A stretch of 31,405 nucleotides of DNA from an uncultured Thermococci archaeon (GTDB taxonomy: Archaea > CAYQAE01 > CAYVLA01): the NCBI GenBank assembly GCA_964549615.1, contig CAZJVP010000087.1:1-31405 (forward strand), given 5' to 3'. Positions 10,255 through 19,859 of the stretch are shown one piece after another. The position numbers were made by a program, and so were the translations under genes. Positions within the stretch are counted from its first letter, which is position 1; every line of letters begins with the position of its first letter. The notes beneath the pieces are model-generated. The model searched no databases. It was not told where the DNA came from and saw nothing but the letters and a program-made list of their open reading frames with translations.

Positions 10255-11490
10255 ATGGACGCGACTAGGCAAGCCCTCCTGATCTCATTCTTGACGCTGC
10301 TAGCAACGCTTGCGTCCGCGGACCTGGCTGTCGCACAGAACCGAACCGGCATCGTCAGGGTGCTCTACATCGGGGAACCCTTTGCCATCTGCCAACCGGC
10401 TCAAATCATGGCTTCCGAGCCCCTCACCGATCTGACCAAGATCGAGGCATCGTTGTGGATAGGCACGACGGCCGCGGTGATGAGGTCGTTGAGGATGTAC
10501 ATGCCGCGCAGCTACGCCGACGTAGTGGCAAAGTACGATGCGGTGGTGATCAGCGACGCAAACGTGCAGATCTTCGAACACAAACACATCGTCTGGATGG
10601 CGGACAGCGTGGAGAAGGACGGGCTGGGGCTCTTCATGCCCGGCGGATATGAGGGACTTGGAGGCTTTCGCGCAAATCCGTCTTGGGGTCCGACCAAGGT
10701 CGGGGAGATCCTGCCGGTCATAGTTTATGATCAGGGATTCTATCTTGAACAGCCAATGGCCGTTGACATCCCCTCCCTGAAGATGGACGACCCCTTCATC
10801 AGGAGCCTGCCCTGGGACACCCTGGTAAGCCCCTACAACATCTTCGGCCAGGGCGGAGGCATGAACCAGATGACCCAGAAGGATGGGAGCATCCTGCTCG
10901 GGAACCTGAAGAGGTTGAAGGATGGTTTCATAATACCGTGGCTCGTCTACTGGGACATAGGCAAGGGGCGATCTTTGGCCATGAGCGCCGACTGGTCTGG
11001 CGCCGGGACGGGCCTGTTCGGCTACTGGGATTACTTCGGCGACTTCGTGACAGGACTCATGCTCCATATCGCGCAGAGGAAGATCCCCGACGACTACCAG
11101 CTCCTACACAACACGAGGGTCAAGTACGTCGAGTACGCAGAGAAGAAGAGCCTCGTGCTATCGCTCCTCGACTTCATTGACAAGTTCGGCGCCAACCCAC
11201 GGCCCGTGGAGGCCAAGATCGCCGAGGCGGATGAGTACAGAAAGGCCGCGAGCCGCGACTACATTTCCTACGAGTTCGACCTTGCCCTCGACGGCGTGAC
11301 CCGAGCCCTAAGGGTCCTTGGCGAATCGACAGACCTCGCCTTCAGGCTCAAGGACAGCGCGTTCTTCTGGGTCTACGTGACCGAATGGTCGGCGGTGTCC
11401 GGCACGTTCGTCCTCGCCGGCTCCATCGTGTACTCGCTCATGATCCGAAGGAGGATGTACAAAGGGGTCGTGACGACCAAGCTACGCTAG
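10255..11490 (+). CDS. Uncharacterised secreted, C-terminally anchored protein with class I glutamine amidotransferase-like domain (family A, copy 1)
   Basis: Signal peptide, VRVLYIG, RMYMPRS, YDAVVISD, GLFMPGG, GKGRS, LDFIDKFGAN, C-terminal TM WVYVTEWSAVSGT. Clear paralog of 19860-21080. Confidence 0.85.
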   Translation: MDATRQALLISFLTLLATLASADLAVAQNRTGIVRVLYIGEPFAICQPAQIMASEPLTDLTKIEASLWIGTTAAVMRSLRMYMPRSYADVVAKYDAVVISDANVQIFEHKHIVWMADSVEKDGLGLFMPGGYEGLGGFRANPSWGPTKVGEILPVIVYDQGFYLEQPMAVDIPSLKMDDPFIRSLPWDTLVSPYNIFGQGGGMNQMTQKDGSILLGNLKRLKDGFIIPWLVYWDIGKGRSLAMSADWSGAGTGLFGYWDYFGDFVTGLMLHIAQRKIPDDYQLLHNTRVKYVEYAEKKSLVLSLLDFIDKFGANPRPVEAKIAEADEYRKAASRDYISYEFDLALDGVTRALRVLGESTDLAFRLKDSAFFWVYVTEWSAVSGTFVLAGSIVYSLMIRRRMYKGVVTTKLR

Positions 11491-12311
11491 GGCGCCCAGT
11501 TCATGAACTTCGCCAGAACCTTCTCGAGCTTCCCGTCAACGTAGATCCTGATCAAGCTCAGGCACCTTCCGTGCCCCGTCCATCCCCTCAACTCAATCAT
11601 CACCGAAATGGGCTCGTCGGGCTTGAGGTTCTCGAAACGTATCCTTCCGTTGACGGGGGCCTCCGAGATCGGCCTCTCCCCGGGCATGAACTCCTCACCG
11701 CGCTTCAGCGCCCGATACACCGTCTCGTTCCCGCCTCGCGTGATCGTGATCTTCGCCAATTCGTATATGTAGTAGTAGAACTCCATCCTGCCCTTCATGA
11801 GCGTCGCATTCGCCTCGGCCGGCAGGAGGATGTACGAGGATGTCGCATCGCCGGCCAACTGCCAGGAGGTGAGGGCGCACATCGCACGGCCCATGTCGTA
11901 CAGGAGGTACTCTTGGCTGCGTCCATCGATGGACAGTTGGCCCTGCACCTTCTCCGGCTCGAATCCCAGCTGTTCTAGGAGCCTTTCCTGCAATGCCAGA
12001 TGGGACAGGTTTGCCTCCCAAGCCTCGAAGGACAGAACCTCAGGTAGCCCGCTGGTCTGCGCGGCACTGAAGAAGCTGTATTGGATCGTCAGCTCCTGTA
12101 TCTTCTTCCTAACGACCAGCCCGAGCGAGAACCTGTGCGTCTCATCGAAGTCCAGTAGCGCGACCAGCTGCGCCGGCGCCACGTTCCTTATGACCGTGAC
12201 GGGCTCAGCCGCGCGCCGGAGGAACAGAAAACAGAATAGGATGGTTGAAAGCACCAGAGCAATGGCTATCACGCCGACGAGCCGTCTATCCAATCCGCTG
12301 CCACTGAGCAT
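11487..12311 (-). CDS. Uncharacterised protein with single N-terminal membrane anchor (family B, copy 1)
   Basis: 274-aa ORF with TM LVGVIAIALVLSTILFCFLFL. Its stop shares the CTAG at 11487-11490 with the convergent gene. TATA TTTAAG at ~12324-12319 suggests the true start may be TTG 12293. Confidence 0.8.
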   Translation of the reverse strand: MLSGSGLDRRLVGVIAIALVLSTILFCFLFLRRAAEPVTVIRNVAPAQLVALLDFDETHRFSLGLVVRKKIQELTIQYSFFSAAQTSGLPEVLSFEAWEANLSHLALQERLLEQLGFEPEKVQGQLSIDGRSQEYLLYDMGRAMCALTSWQLAGDATSSYILLPAEANATLMKGRMEFYYYIYELAKITITRGGNETVYRALKRGEEFMPGERPISEAPVNGRIRFENLKPDEPISVMIELRGWTGHGRCLSLIRIYVDGKLEKVLAKFMNWAP

Positions 12312-12403
12312 AACGGTTCTTAAAGCTTAGCGAGGCCTTGGCCACGTTTCCATGTCAGATCCGGTGCGTGGTAGAGCTATTCTCCCTCGGTCAGGCAATC
12401 GGG

Positions 12404-12890
12404 TTGAGATCTGCCAGATGACTTGTAATCGCCTTCGTCGCGGCTGAAATTCTGGCTCAGCCGGCCCTGGCCAGGCATCCCAGAAGGGACCCGGTATCCG
12501 GTGGGATAAGGGTCCTCCACTACGGCGACGCCTTCGCACCAAGCCTCCACCCAGCCTACGTTGCCGACCCGCTGACCGGCCTTGTGGGGCTGACCGGCAT
12601 GGCCGGAACAGCCCTGAGGTCGACAAGAAGATGAGGGTCTTGATGCCTCGCACCTACAGGGATCTGCTGGACAAGTACCAGTTCACCATCAGCCAGGCCA
12701 TCGTCGGCAACTTCAGATCCGACCACATCCATTGACTAAGGGATTCGGCGATCGAGAATAGCCTCGGCATCACCATGATGAGCGGCCACCGCACCTTCGG
12801 CAGCCGCTTCGGCGAGTAGCCCGGCGGCACCGTGCTGCAGGACGCTCTCCCGGTCTTCTGTCCCACCGAGCGCTACCGGGCGGATGATCC
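12404..12890 (+). pseudogene. Truncated, disrupted paralog of family A
   Basis: Translation gives a signal peptide, then RRDPVSGGIRVLHYGDAF, a frameshift near 12610, then KMRVLMPRTYRDLLDKY...DHIH*LRDSAIENSLGITMMSGHRTFG...*...VLQDALPVFCPTERY. This is colinear with 10255-11490 and 19860-21080. Confidence 0.85.
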
Positions 12891-13208
12891 TTGCGATCTG
12901 GGGGCCCAAAGCTCAGAGAGGGTGAGGTTCTTCCCGGTGAAACTGGGCATCGCCTGCACAAGGGTTGCGCAACGGATCTCCAACGTCCTGAAATCACCCC
13001 TTGCAAGAACTCCGAGGGAAAAACCCATCTTCTCCTTGGTCGTCACCGACCCAAAGGGATAGAGCCTCTCGGGATGAACGTTCTTCAGCACCACCAGCGG
13101 ACTGCAAACTTCCTCCCGCGCCACGGTTAGGACGACAAGCCCCGAGCTCGTCAGGACGATCAGCATGATCGATGCCAAGCTGGCATCAACGGAGAGTCTC
13201 GACGGCAT
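12873..13208 (-). pseudogene. Truncated paralog of family B
   Basis: TM followed by PLVVLKNVHPERL...FSLGVLARGDFRTLEI, which aligns with PVTVIRNVAPAQL...FSLGLVVRKKIQELTI of 11487-12311; ends after ~110 aa. Confidence 0.75.
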
Positions 13209-13335
13209 CGACGTTTGCGGCGTAATGACCCGCAAGTTGCTCGGCCGCGTCCTGCCTCCTAACGAAGAGTTCCGTTCACCCGACCCCACTACGGTACCGC
13301 ATGCGGTGGAGGCTCCAGGTGGGAAGGCTCAGATC

Positions 13336-14550
13336 TCACCGATGCGGGGTCCTGTCCAACTCCAGAGCGATTATCGTGTCGATCTCGTCCCTTGCCGACT
13401 CGGGTACATCCATCGTTTCGCGATCCCCGACGCGGCCCTGCGGGACGGAACCCCCGTGCAACAAGGATGCCGATCTGACCCGGGCGGCTAGGCCCTCCAG
13501 CTCCAGCCTGCCTCCCCGCCAATCCGTCAGGTGAAGATAGGCCTTTCGAGCCCTGAAGACGGCGTAACCCCAGGCCGGCGGCGGGATGCCTAGCGGGCGC
13601 GTTCCGTAGATGGACTCGCCGTTCAACTCAAGCCATGCCCCGATCTTCCGGAACCGCTCGGCCTGTTCGGGCTGTATCCCGCCGCTCCCCATGGGAGCGA
13701 GGTTCAGTAGGTAGTTGCCCCCCAGCCCGACGATCGCGACGAGCTTGCGTATGAGCTGCTCAGCGGACTTGAAGTTCCTGTCGCTCTCCTTGTACTCCCA
13801 TGAGTCGTTCACGGTGTCGCAAACCTCGAACGGCCAATTGTCGGGCCCTGGCGTCGGCATCGGCCGCGGATCCCCTTCCCCCTCGTCGTTCAGCCAGCCC
13901 ATCTCGCCTGGGAGAGTTGGAACCGACCTCTCGCACTCATAGAAGTCCCTTCCCATGACGAGGGCCTGAGGCTGCAGCTTTCGGATCATCTCGACGGCTT
14001 GGGTGACGTGGTAAGGGTAGTCATGCCCATGCCACGGCCCCGGGTCGAGCCAGAAGCCCGCAATCCGACCGTAGTTCGTGCAGAGCTCACGTATCTGGCC
14101 CTGGTAGAAGCGCACGTAACGCGCCCATTCATGGGGATGGCCCGGCTTGAACGCGGGATGGTGGAGGTCCGGGAGGGAGTAGTAAAGGAAGAGCGGCATC
14201 CCCTGGACACGGCACTCCTCGGTAAGCAGCTTGACGAAATCGCGTCCTGCCGGCGAGTTGGGGGAACTGAAATCGGTAAGCCGGGTCGAAAACAGGCAGA
14301 AACCGTTGTGGTGCTTGGCGGTGAAGGTGATGTACCTGGCACCGGCCTGCCGTGCCAAGCCCACCCATAAGCGAGCGTCGAACTCCTCGGCGGTAAACTG
14401 CTTCATTGCATCCTCCGGGCATGCCCAGTTTTTATGGCCGGTAGGAAGCGAAAACAGGCTCCAGTGTATGAACATGCCGAACTTGGCATCCTTGAAATGT
14501 TGCTGCTCGCGCGTCAACGGCGGCGGTGCGCATAACTTTGGGCCCACCAA
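13336..14550 (-). CDS. Alpha-L-fucosidase family (GH29)
   Basis: DAKFGMFIHW, FDARLWV..A..AGARY, TAKHHNGF, GQIRELCTNYG, FWLD (nucleophile Asp), GGNYLLN and NGESIYGTRP. Start likely TTG 14550 or GTG 14547, because the ORF start at 14736 overlaps the divergent gene. Confidence 0.9.
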   Translation of the reverse strand: MVGPKLCAPPPLTREQQHFKDAKFGMFIHWSLFSLPTGHKNWACPEDAMKQFTAEEFDARLWVGLARQAGARYITFTAKHHNGFCLFSTRLTDFSSPNSPAGRDFVKLLTEECRVQGMPLFLYYSLPDLHHPAFKPGHPHEWARYVRFYQGQIRELCTNYGRIAGFWLDPGPWHGHDYPYHVTQAVEMIRKLQPQALVMGRDFYECERSVPTLPGEMGWLNDEGEGDPRPMPTPGPDNWPFEVCDTVNDSWEYKESDRNFKSAEQLIRKLVAIVGLGGNYLLNLAPMGSGGIQPEQAERFRKIGAWLELNGESIYGTRPLGIPPPAWGYAVFRARKAYLHLTDWRGGRLELEGLAARVRSASLLHGGSVPQGRVGDRETMDVPESARDEIDTIIALELDRTPHR

Positions 14551-14584
14551 GCTAACCCCATCTGCTTTCCCCGCACATTCATAA

Positions 14585-16609
14585 GTGCCACCGTCCGCGA
14601 TCCCGCCGGAGCAAAGGACCATGCTTGTGATGTTCAGGATCAGCCCAGCGCACTGGCTCAAAGACGAGAACCTCAAGGGCCTCGTGGATTTCCTCAGACA
14701 GCACCGCAGGCTGGTGGATGAGCTTGCGTTCTTCACGCATCACACGCACGCCCCGCTGCCGCTTGAGGAAATGAAGACCCGGTTCGAGCGGCTCGAATCG
14801 GTGATGATGCTGGTTCGAGAGCAGTTGGGAGTGAGGGCGGGCATCAACGTGATTGCAACAATGGGGCACCACGAAGAGAACCTGGAGGCATCGCTCGATG
14901 AACCTTGGCAACGCGTTGTGGACGAGAATGGCAAGGTCTGCAGAGGTACGTTTTGCCCCGGCGATCCCAGGTTCCAAAGGTACGTCAGCATGCTATACAC
15001 GCTTGCCGCCAGGGCCCGGCCTGACTTCATCTGGGTCGACGACGACGTGAGGATGGCCGGACACATGCCCGTGGCGAAGACGTGCTTCTGCAGGCGTTGC
15101 GTGGCGCGGTTCGCGCAGGAGACGGGCCGAACCCTCACGCGCCGAAAGCTCGTCGCAGCGCTGAACGGCTCCGCCAAGAAGGACCCCATCGACCTAAGGA
15201 GGCTGTGGCTGGAGCACAACAGAAGCATGATCGAGGAGCTCCTCGCCATCGTCGAAAAGGCCGTTCACGCGGTGGACCCGTCATTGCCGATCGGGTTCAT
15301 GACCGGAGACCGATTCTACGAGGGCTATGCCTTCCGGCGATGGGCCAAGGCCCTATCCGGCCCGAACCGTGTCGAGGTGCGCTGGCGCCCGGGCGGAGGT
15401 TTCTACTGGGACGATCGCCTCATCGGGCTCGTCGAGAAGGCCCACGATGTCGGCCGACAGGTGGCCGCCCTGCCAGGCGATGTCGGCGTGGTGCAGTCCG
15501 AGATCGAGAACTTCCCCTACCAGCGCCTGAGGAAGAGCGTGCACGCGACCATGGTCGAGGCCGCGGCCCACGTGGCTGCAGGGGCATCCGGCATTGCCTT
15601 CAACGTGCTCTCGATGTTCGCCGAGCCATTGGATGAGTACTCTCCTTTCTTGGAGGCTCTTCACTGGGCGCATCCCTTCTTCGAGGAGATCCAAAAGCAG
15701 GCGGGCCGCACCCCGGCAATGGGCATCTGCCCTGCGTGGAACGAGGACCTCTTCGCCGCGAACGGCCGCCGGGGCGCATGGTTTGACCGGCCAAGCGTCA
15801 TCGATGCCCTTCAGAAGCAGTACGTCTTGGCCGAGATCGGGCTGCCCATCTGCTATGAGCCGGGCCGCGCCCAGGTTGCCACGTTTTCGGGCAACACGCC
15901 TCGAGCCTTTGGCAAGCACGAGCTGGAAAGCTTCCTGGGCAAAGGGGTATACCTTGATGTGGCCGCTTGGCATGCCTTGGATCAGTTGGGCCTCTCCGGA
16001 CTGACCGGCGTGCGCCCAGTTGGGACGATCGATCACGACGCCACCGAGGTTTTCACCAACAACCCGATCAACGTAGGATGCGCCGGCAGGCAGCGCGACT
16101 GCCGACAGTCCTTCTGGCCGGAGGCCGCCTACAGCCTCGAGCCCACCGTGCGGCATGTTCAGGTCCTAGCGGAAATCGTTGACTACATGGGTCGCCCGCT
16201 CGGGCCGTGCCTGACGGCATATGAGAACGAGCTTGGCGGGAGGGTCGTGGTCGCGGGCTACTATCCCTGGTTCATGATCCACAACGAGGCCAAATCCGCT
16301 CAGCTGAAGCGAATCTTCGATTGGTTGAGTTTCGACCGTCTTCCGGCAGTCGTGCAGAGCTTCGACAAGGTCGTCATCTGGGTTCGCAACGCAATGGACC
16401 GGCCTGCAATCATCATGATCAACGCCTCGTTGGATCCCGTCAAGCGCCTACTCCTCACAGTGCGTCCTGGCGCGGATAGCTACGAGGTCATCCCAATGCG
16501 CGGAGAACGAACCATCATCAAGGCAAAGCACAATGGTTCCAGAACAACCCGCGACCTGATCATCGAGAACGTCGCTCCGTGGAGTGCCTACATGCTCGTC
16601 CCAGCATAG
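14585..16609 (+). CDS. Uncharacterised glycoside-hydrolase-like protein (TIM barrel plus beta-galactosidase trimerisation/GATase-like domain)
   Basis: 674-aa ORF with FCP.DP.F, PDFIWVDDDVRM, CFCRRC, SEIENFPY and YENELGGRVVV; start GTG 14585 or ATG 14621. Confidence 0.7.
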   Translation: MPPSAIPPEQRTMLVMFRISPAHWLKDENLKGLVDFLRQHRRLVDELAFFTHHTHAPLPLEEMKTRFERLESVMMLVREQLGVRAGINVIATMGHHEENLEASLDEPWQRVVDENGKVCRGTFCPGDPRFQRYVSMLYTLAARARPDFIWVDDDVRMAGHMPVAKTCFCRRCVARFAQETGRTLTRRKLVAALNGSAKKDPIDLRRLWLEHNRSMIEELLAIVEKAVHAVDPSLPIGFMTGDRFYEGYAFRRWAKALSGPNRVEVRWRPGGGFYWDDRLIGLVEKAHDVGRQVAALPGDVGVVQSEIENFPYQRLRKSVHATMVEAAAHVAAGASGIAFNVLSMFAEPLDEYSPFLEALHWAHPFFEEIQKQAGRTPAMGICPAWNEDLFAANGRRGAWFDRPSVIDALQKQYVLAEIGLPICYEPGRAQVATFSGNTPRAFGKHELESFLGKGVYLDVAAWHALDQLGLSGLTGVRPVGTIDHDATEVFTNNPINVGCAGRQRDCRQSFWPEAAYSLEPTVRHVQVLAEIVDYMGRPLGPCLTAYENELGGRVVVAGYYPWFMIHNEAKSAQLKRIFDWLSFDRLPAVVQSFDKVVIWVRNAMDRPAIIMINASLDPVKRLLLTVRPGADSYEVIPMRGERTIIKAKHNGSRTTRDLIIENVAPWSAYMLVPA

Positions 16610-16634
16610 GGCCCCCTTTCGAGGGTCCGGTCGA

Positions 16635-17540
16635 TCAGGGTTCCGCCACCTCCAACCCCTGCTCCCTGAGGATGTCCTCAAGCTCCCTTACGAGCTGGTC
16701 GGCCTGCGTCTTGAGCCCGGCAAGCGGGTAGGGCCTGTGCAGCCAAGAGTACTTGCCCGCCGAGGCGGGATTGAACGGCAGAAGCGAGATGCGCGTTGCG
16801 CCGAGCTCCAATGCCTTGCGCCCGATCGATGAAACGTCTTGGGGGGAGTCGTTGATTCCCGGGATCAGGGGCACCCGCACGATCACGTCCGATCCGCATT
16901 CCAGAAGCCTTGCCAGATTGTTCAGTATGGGCTTGAGAAAGACGCCGGTATACTGGAAATGCACCGCCGCATCATGGTGTTTCACGTCGAAGAGAAACAG
17001 ATCGGTCACCCCAGTTAACTTGTGAAGCGCCCTCCATGGCGCATAGCCACAGGTCTCTACGGCCGTGTGTATCCCCTTCTCTTGACAGAGATGCAGGACG
17101 GCGTGGGAGAAGTCGGCCTGCAGCAATGGCTCGCCGCCGGTCAAGGTGATGCCCCCTCCCGACTGCTTGAAGAAGGGCAGAAGCCTCTCCGCATGCCCGG
17201 CCACCTCGTCCGCGCTCACAAGTTCCCCCTTGATCTCCAGCGCCCCCCTCGCACAAGCCCGAATGCACTCTCCGCACAGGCGGCAGCCGCTCCTGTCCCG
17301 CGGGTCGTTGGGATCCTTGCTGCGCAGTCCCATGGGGCAGGCTTCAACGCACCTGCCGCACTTGGCGCACCTGGTCTCGTACCAGACGACCTCAGGCTTG
17401 GCCGAAACGGACTCGGGGCTGTGACACCACACACAGCGCAGCGGGCAGCCCTTGAGGTACACGGCCATGCGCAGGCCAGGCCCATCGTGGGCCGCCATCT
17501 CGTCCAGGGCAAAGATCAGGCCCTTGGCTGGAGTGCTCAT
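16635..17540 (-). CDS. Glycyl-radical enzyme activating enzyme (radical SAM) with ferredoxin-like insert
   Basis: HDGPGLR, KGCPLRCVWCHSPES (CxxxCxxC), two CxxCxxCxxxC motifs, GGITLTGGEPL, HTAVETCG and RVPLIPGIND; ATGA overlap with the GRE stop. Confidence 0.95.
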   Translation of the reverse strand: MSTPAKGLIFALDEMAAHDGPGLRMAVYLKGCPLRCVWCHSPESVSAKPEVVWYETRCAKCGRCVEACPMGLRSKDPNDPRDRSGCRLCGECIRACARGALEIKGELVSADEVAGHAERLLPFFKQSGGGITLTGGEPLLQADFSHAVLHLCQEKGIHTAVETCGYAPWRALHKLTGVTDLFLFDVKHHDAAVHFQYTGVFLKPILNNLARLLECGSDVIVRVPLIPGINDSPQDVSSIGRKALELGATRISLLPFNPASAGKYSWLHRPYPLAGLKTQADQLVRELEDILREQGLEVAEP

Positions 17541-19738
17541 ATCTCCATTTCCGTCCTTGCGATGACGTCCTCCTGCGCATCCGGCGAGAGCAAGGTGAAG
17601 GGGACGAGGTAGCCGCCGATCCGCACGAGTAGGTCGGCGTAGTCCTCCGGATGCTTCTGCGCGTCCCTGAGGACCTCCGAGCTGGTCACGTTGATCTGCA
17701 CCATATAGATGCCGAGGCCGAACGCCGTCTCTATCAGGCTTTTCAAGCGCTCTATCCCCGCCTCGGTCTGCAGCGCGTTGGGGGACAGGCGCAGGTTGAA
17801 CACGATCCCACCGAGACCCCTGGATTGATCAAGGCCGATTGTGGACAGGAGCATGGAGAGCGCGCCCTTCAGGCGGACTCCGGTGCAGGCCCCGACGGTG
17901 TTGGCTAGGGGTGTCCCGGCCCTGCGGCCGTCCGGGGTGGCGGGCGTCTCGCGGCCAAAACCGATCCATATCGTCCAGCCGAGGAAGCCCGGGAAGACCG
18001 GCCCGCCGTAGAAGTTGCGATGGCCCTCGATCGCGGAACACCACCTGCCCGAAACCTCGGCGAAGAGCCGGTTGATCCACTCGACGTCGTTGCCATGCTT
18101 TGGGCAGTCAAGCACATCCCGCCTCAGATCCTCGTAGCCCTCGAAGTCGACAAGAATCGCCTGCCTGAAATCCTCAAGGCTGTACCTTCCCTGCTCCTCC
18201 ACGAGGACCTTGATGGCGGCAAGGCCGTCCACGACGTTGGAGATGCCGACGGCCTCCGGCTGAAGGAAGTTGTACAGCGCGCCTCCGTGCGAGATGTCCC
18301 TCCCGCTCTCCATGCAGCCCTGCACGAAACAGGAGAGAAGCGGGAAGGGACGGTACCACGACTCGACAAGCTGGTCCCTGATCCCTGCCGCGATTGCCTC
18401 GTGGGCTGCATAGTCCAGCTGTCTGAGGAACGCCTCCTTGAGCTCGGCGAAGGTCTGTGGAATCCCCGTGTCCGGCCTGTCCTGCGTTCCCTTGGTCGGG
18501 TGCCGGCCGCCGAACATCGCGTACAGAAGGGACATCGGTATGTTCACATACGGCCACGCCACCCAGGGATTCGTGCGCCCCTGGATCGAGGTCTCGGTGC
18601 AGGTGCTCGGTAGGTGCTCGACGGCATGCTCGTACGGTATGCCGTACCGGACGAGCCCCTTGATCACGAGATCCGTGTTGAAGAAGGACGGCTGGCCCAT
18701 CCCGTTTCGCAGCAGCCGACAGGCACGGCGCATGAACTCCGGATCGATGTCCTTGTGCCAAAACACATCTGCACCCGGGAAGTAGACCCTCGTCCTGTCG
18801 CAGATCTCGAGGCATTTGTAGCTCAGCTCGTTGGTCGCATCGCTGCCGTCCGGGTTACGGCCTGCGATGCCTATTATGACGGCGCTCATGCTGCGCCTGT
18901 CGAACTCGTTGCACTTGATGAAGAGCTGCTCGAGAAGGGCGTCCGCCTCCTCCTTATCCCTTTCCGCCTCGTAGAAGGGAAAGAGGTACCGATCTATGTG
19001 GCCCGGACCGAAGCAGTGATGGGAAGTGCCGGCCTCGACGGCGACCGCAAGGAATGTGAACCACACGAGCTGTATCGCCTCCCTGAAGGTTCTGGGAGGT
19101 TGGGACGAGATGTGGTCGCAGACGCCAGCTATGACACGCAGCTGGGCTCGCCAGTCCGGATCCTGGGCGTCTCTCTCAAGCTCTCTAGCCAGCTCCGAGT
19201 AGCGCCGGATGAATCCCTGGAAGGACTCAAGCGATCTTCTGGATGCATTGTACAGCTGAAGCTTCTCGGGGGCCGTAGGATCGGTTGGGTCCACCGCCTC
19301 CTCGAACTCGCTGATGCGCTCCCTGATTCCGTCCAAGCCTAGTCTCAATATGGTCGGGAAGTCGGGCGCCATGTGTCCCTCGGAGGCGTTGCACCAGTAG
19401 TTCTGCTTCGAGAGATACTCCCGAGCCGCCTTCAGCGCCTCCTTCATTCGCTCATCGGGATGCGTATTGGGGTGCCACCCAACGAGGATCTCCCCCTCCC
19501 TGATCGCGATGGGCATGTTCTTTAGGATGTGGGACGTTGCATGCGCCACGCGCGCGATGCGGAAGGGCTCCCCCTCGGTCTGGCGAAAGGCCTCCGCAGC
19601 AAGGAGCGTCCTTTCCTCAAAGCGAGCTGCATCCCTGCGGACGCACTCCCTGAGGTGCGCACACCAGGTCCGCAGCTTGCTTGGTGGCTCCGTCTTCGGC
19701 AAAGCTTGTGCGAGGGAGGACACGCGACACACCGCCAA
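17537..19738 (-). CDS. Glycyl radical enzyme (PFL superfamily), unknown substrate
   Basis: GEILVG, GH..PDF, PPRTFREAIQL, DGSDATNELSY, Cys loop PSTCTE (Cys~380), PKHGND, ATPDGRRAGTPLA, QINV and Gly loop LLVRIGGY (Gly~709). TATA-like TATTAAAAA ~30 nt upstream of the TTG. Confidence 0.95.
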   Translation of the reverse strand: MAVCRVSSLAQALPKTEPPSKLRTWCAHLRECVRRDAARFEERTLLAAEAFRQTEGEPFRIARVAHATSHILKNMPIAIREGEILVGWHPNTHPDERMKEALKAAREYLSKQNYWCNASEGHMAPDFPTILRLGLDGIRERISEFEEAVDPTDPTAPEKLQLYNASRRSLESFQGFIRRYSELARELERDAQDPDWRAQLRVIAGVCDHISSQPPRTFREAIQLVWFTFLAVAVEAGTSHHCFGPGHIDRYLFPFYEAERDKEEADALLEQLFIKCNEFDRRSMSAVIIGIAGRNPDGSDATNELSYKCLEICDRTRVYFPGADVFWHKDIDPEFMRRACRLLRNGMGQPSFFNTDLVIKGLVRYGIPYEHAVEHLPSTCTETSIQGRTNPWVAWPYVNIPMSLLYAMFGGRHPTKGTQDRPDTGIPQTFAELKEAFLRQLDYAAHEAIAAGIRDQLVESWYRPFPLLSCFVQGCMESGRDISHGGALYNFLQPEAVGISNVVDGLAAIKVLVEEQGRYSLEDFRQAILVDFEGYEDLRRDVLDCPKHGNDVEWINRLFAEVSGRWCSAIEGHRNFYGGPVFPGFLGWTIWIGFGRETPATPDGRRAGTPLANTVGACTGVRLKGALSMLLSTIGLDQSRGLGGIVFNLRLSPNALQTEAGIERLKSLIETAFGLGIYMVQINVTSSEVLRDAQKHPEDYADLLVRIGGYLVPFTLLSPDAQEDVIARTEMEI

Positions 19739-19859
19739 TGCTGACCCGCCACCTCGTCACAAGCTTTTTAATATGCTTCAGCGAACCTCGCCATTCGTGC
19801 CGGGAGGATGCCTCCGGCCTAGACAGCATCGCTCCTTCAGCAAGGCCTAGGAATGGTCC

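Noticed and set aside
12404-12890. In-frame TGA/TAG (one at a conserved Trp position) suggesting stop-codon recoding (Trp, Sec or Pyl)
   Set aside because: The same segment has a frameshift and a large deletion, and intact genes in the window end normally at both TAG and TGA
17537-19738. Pyruvate formate-lyase, or fucose-linked propanediol dehydratase
   Set aside because: Lacks the PFL CC pair and the GCVE/RVAG motifs; no fucose isomerase, aldolase or microcompartment genes are present
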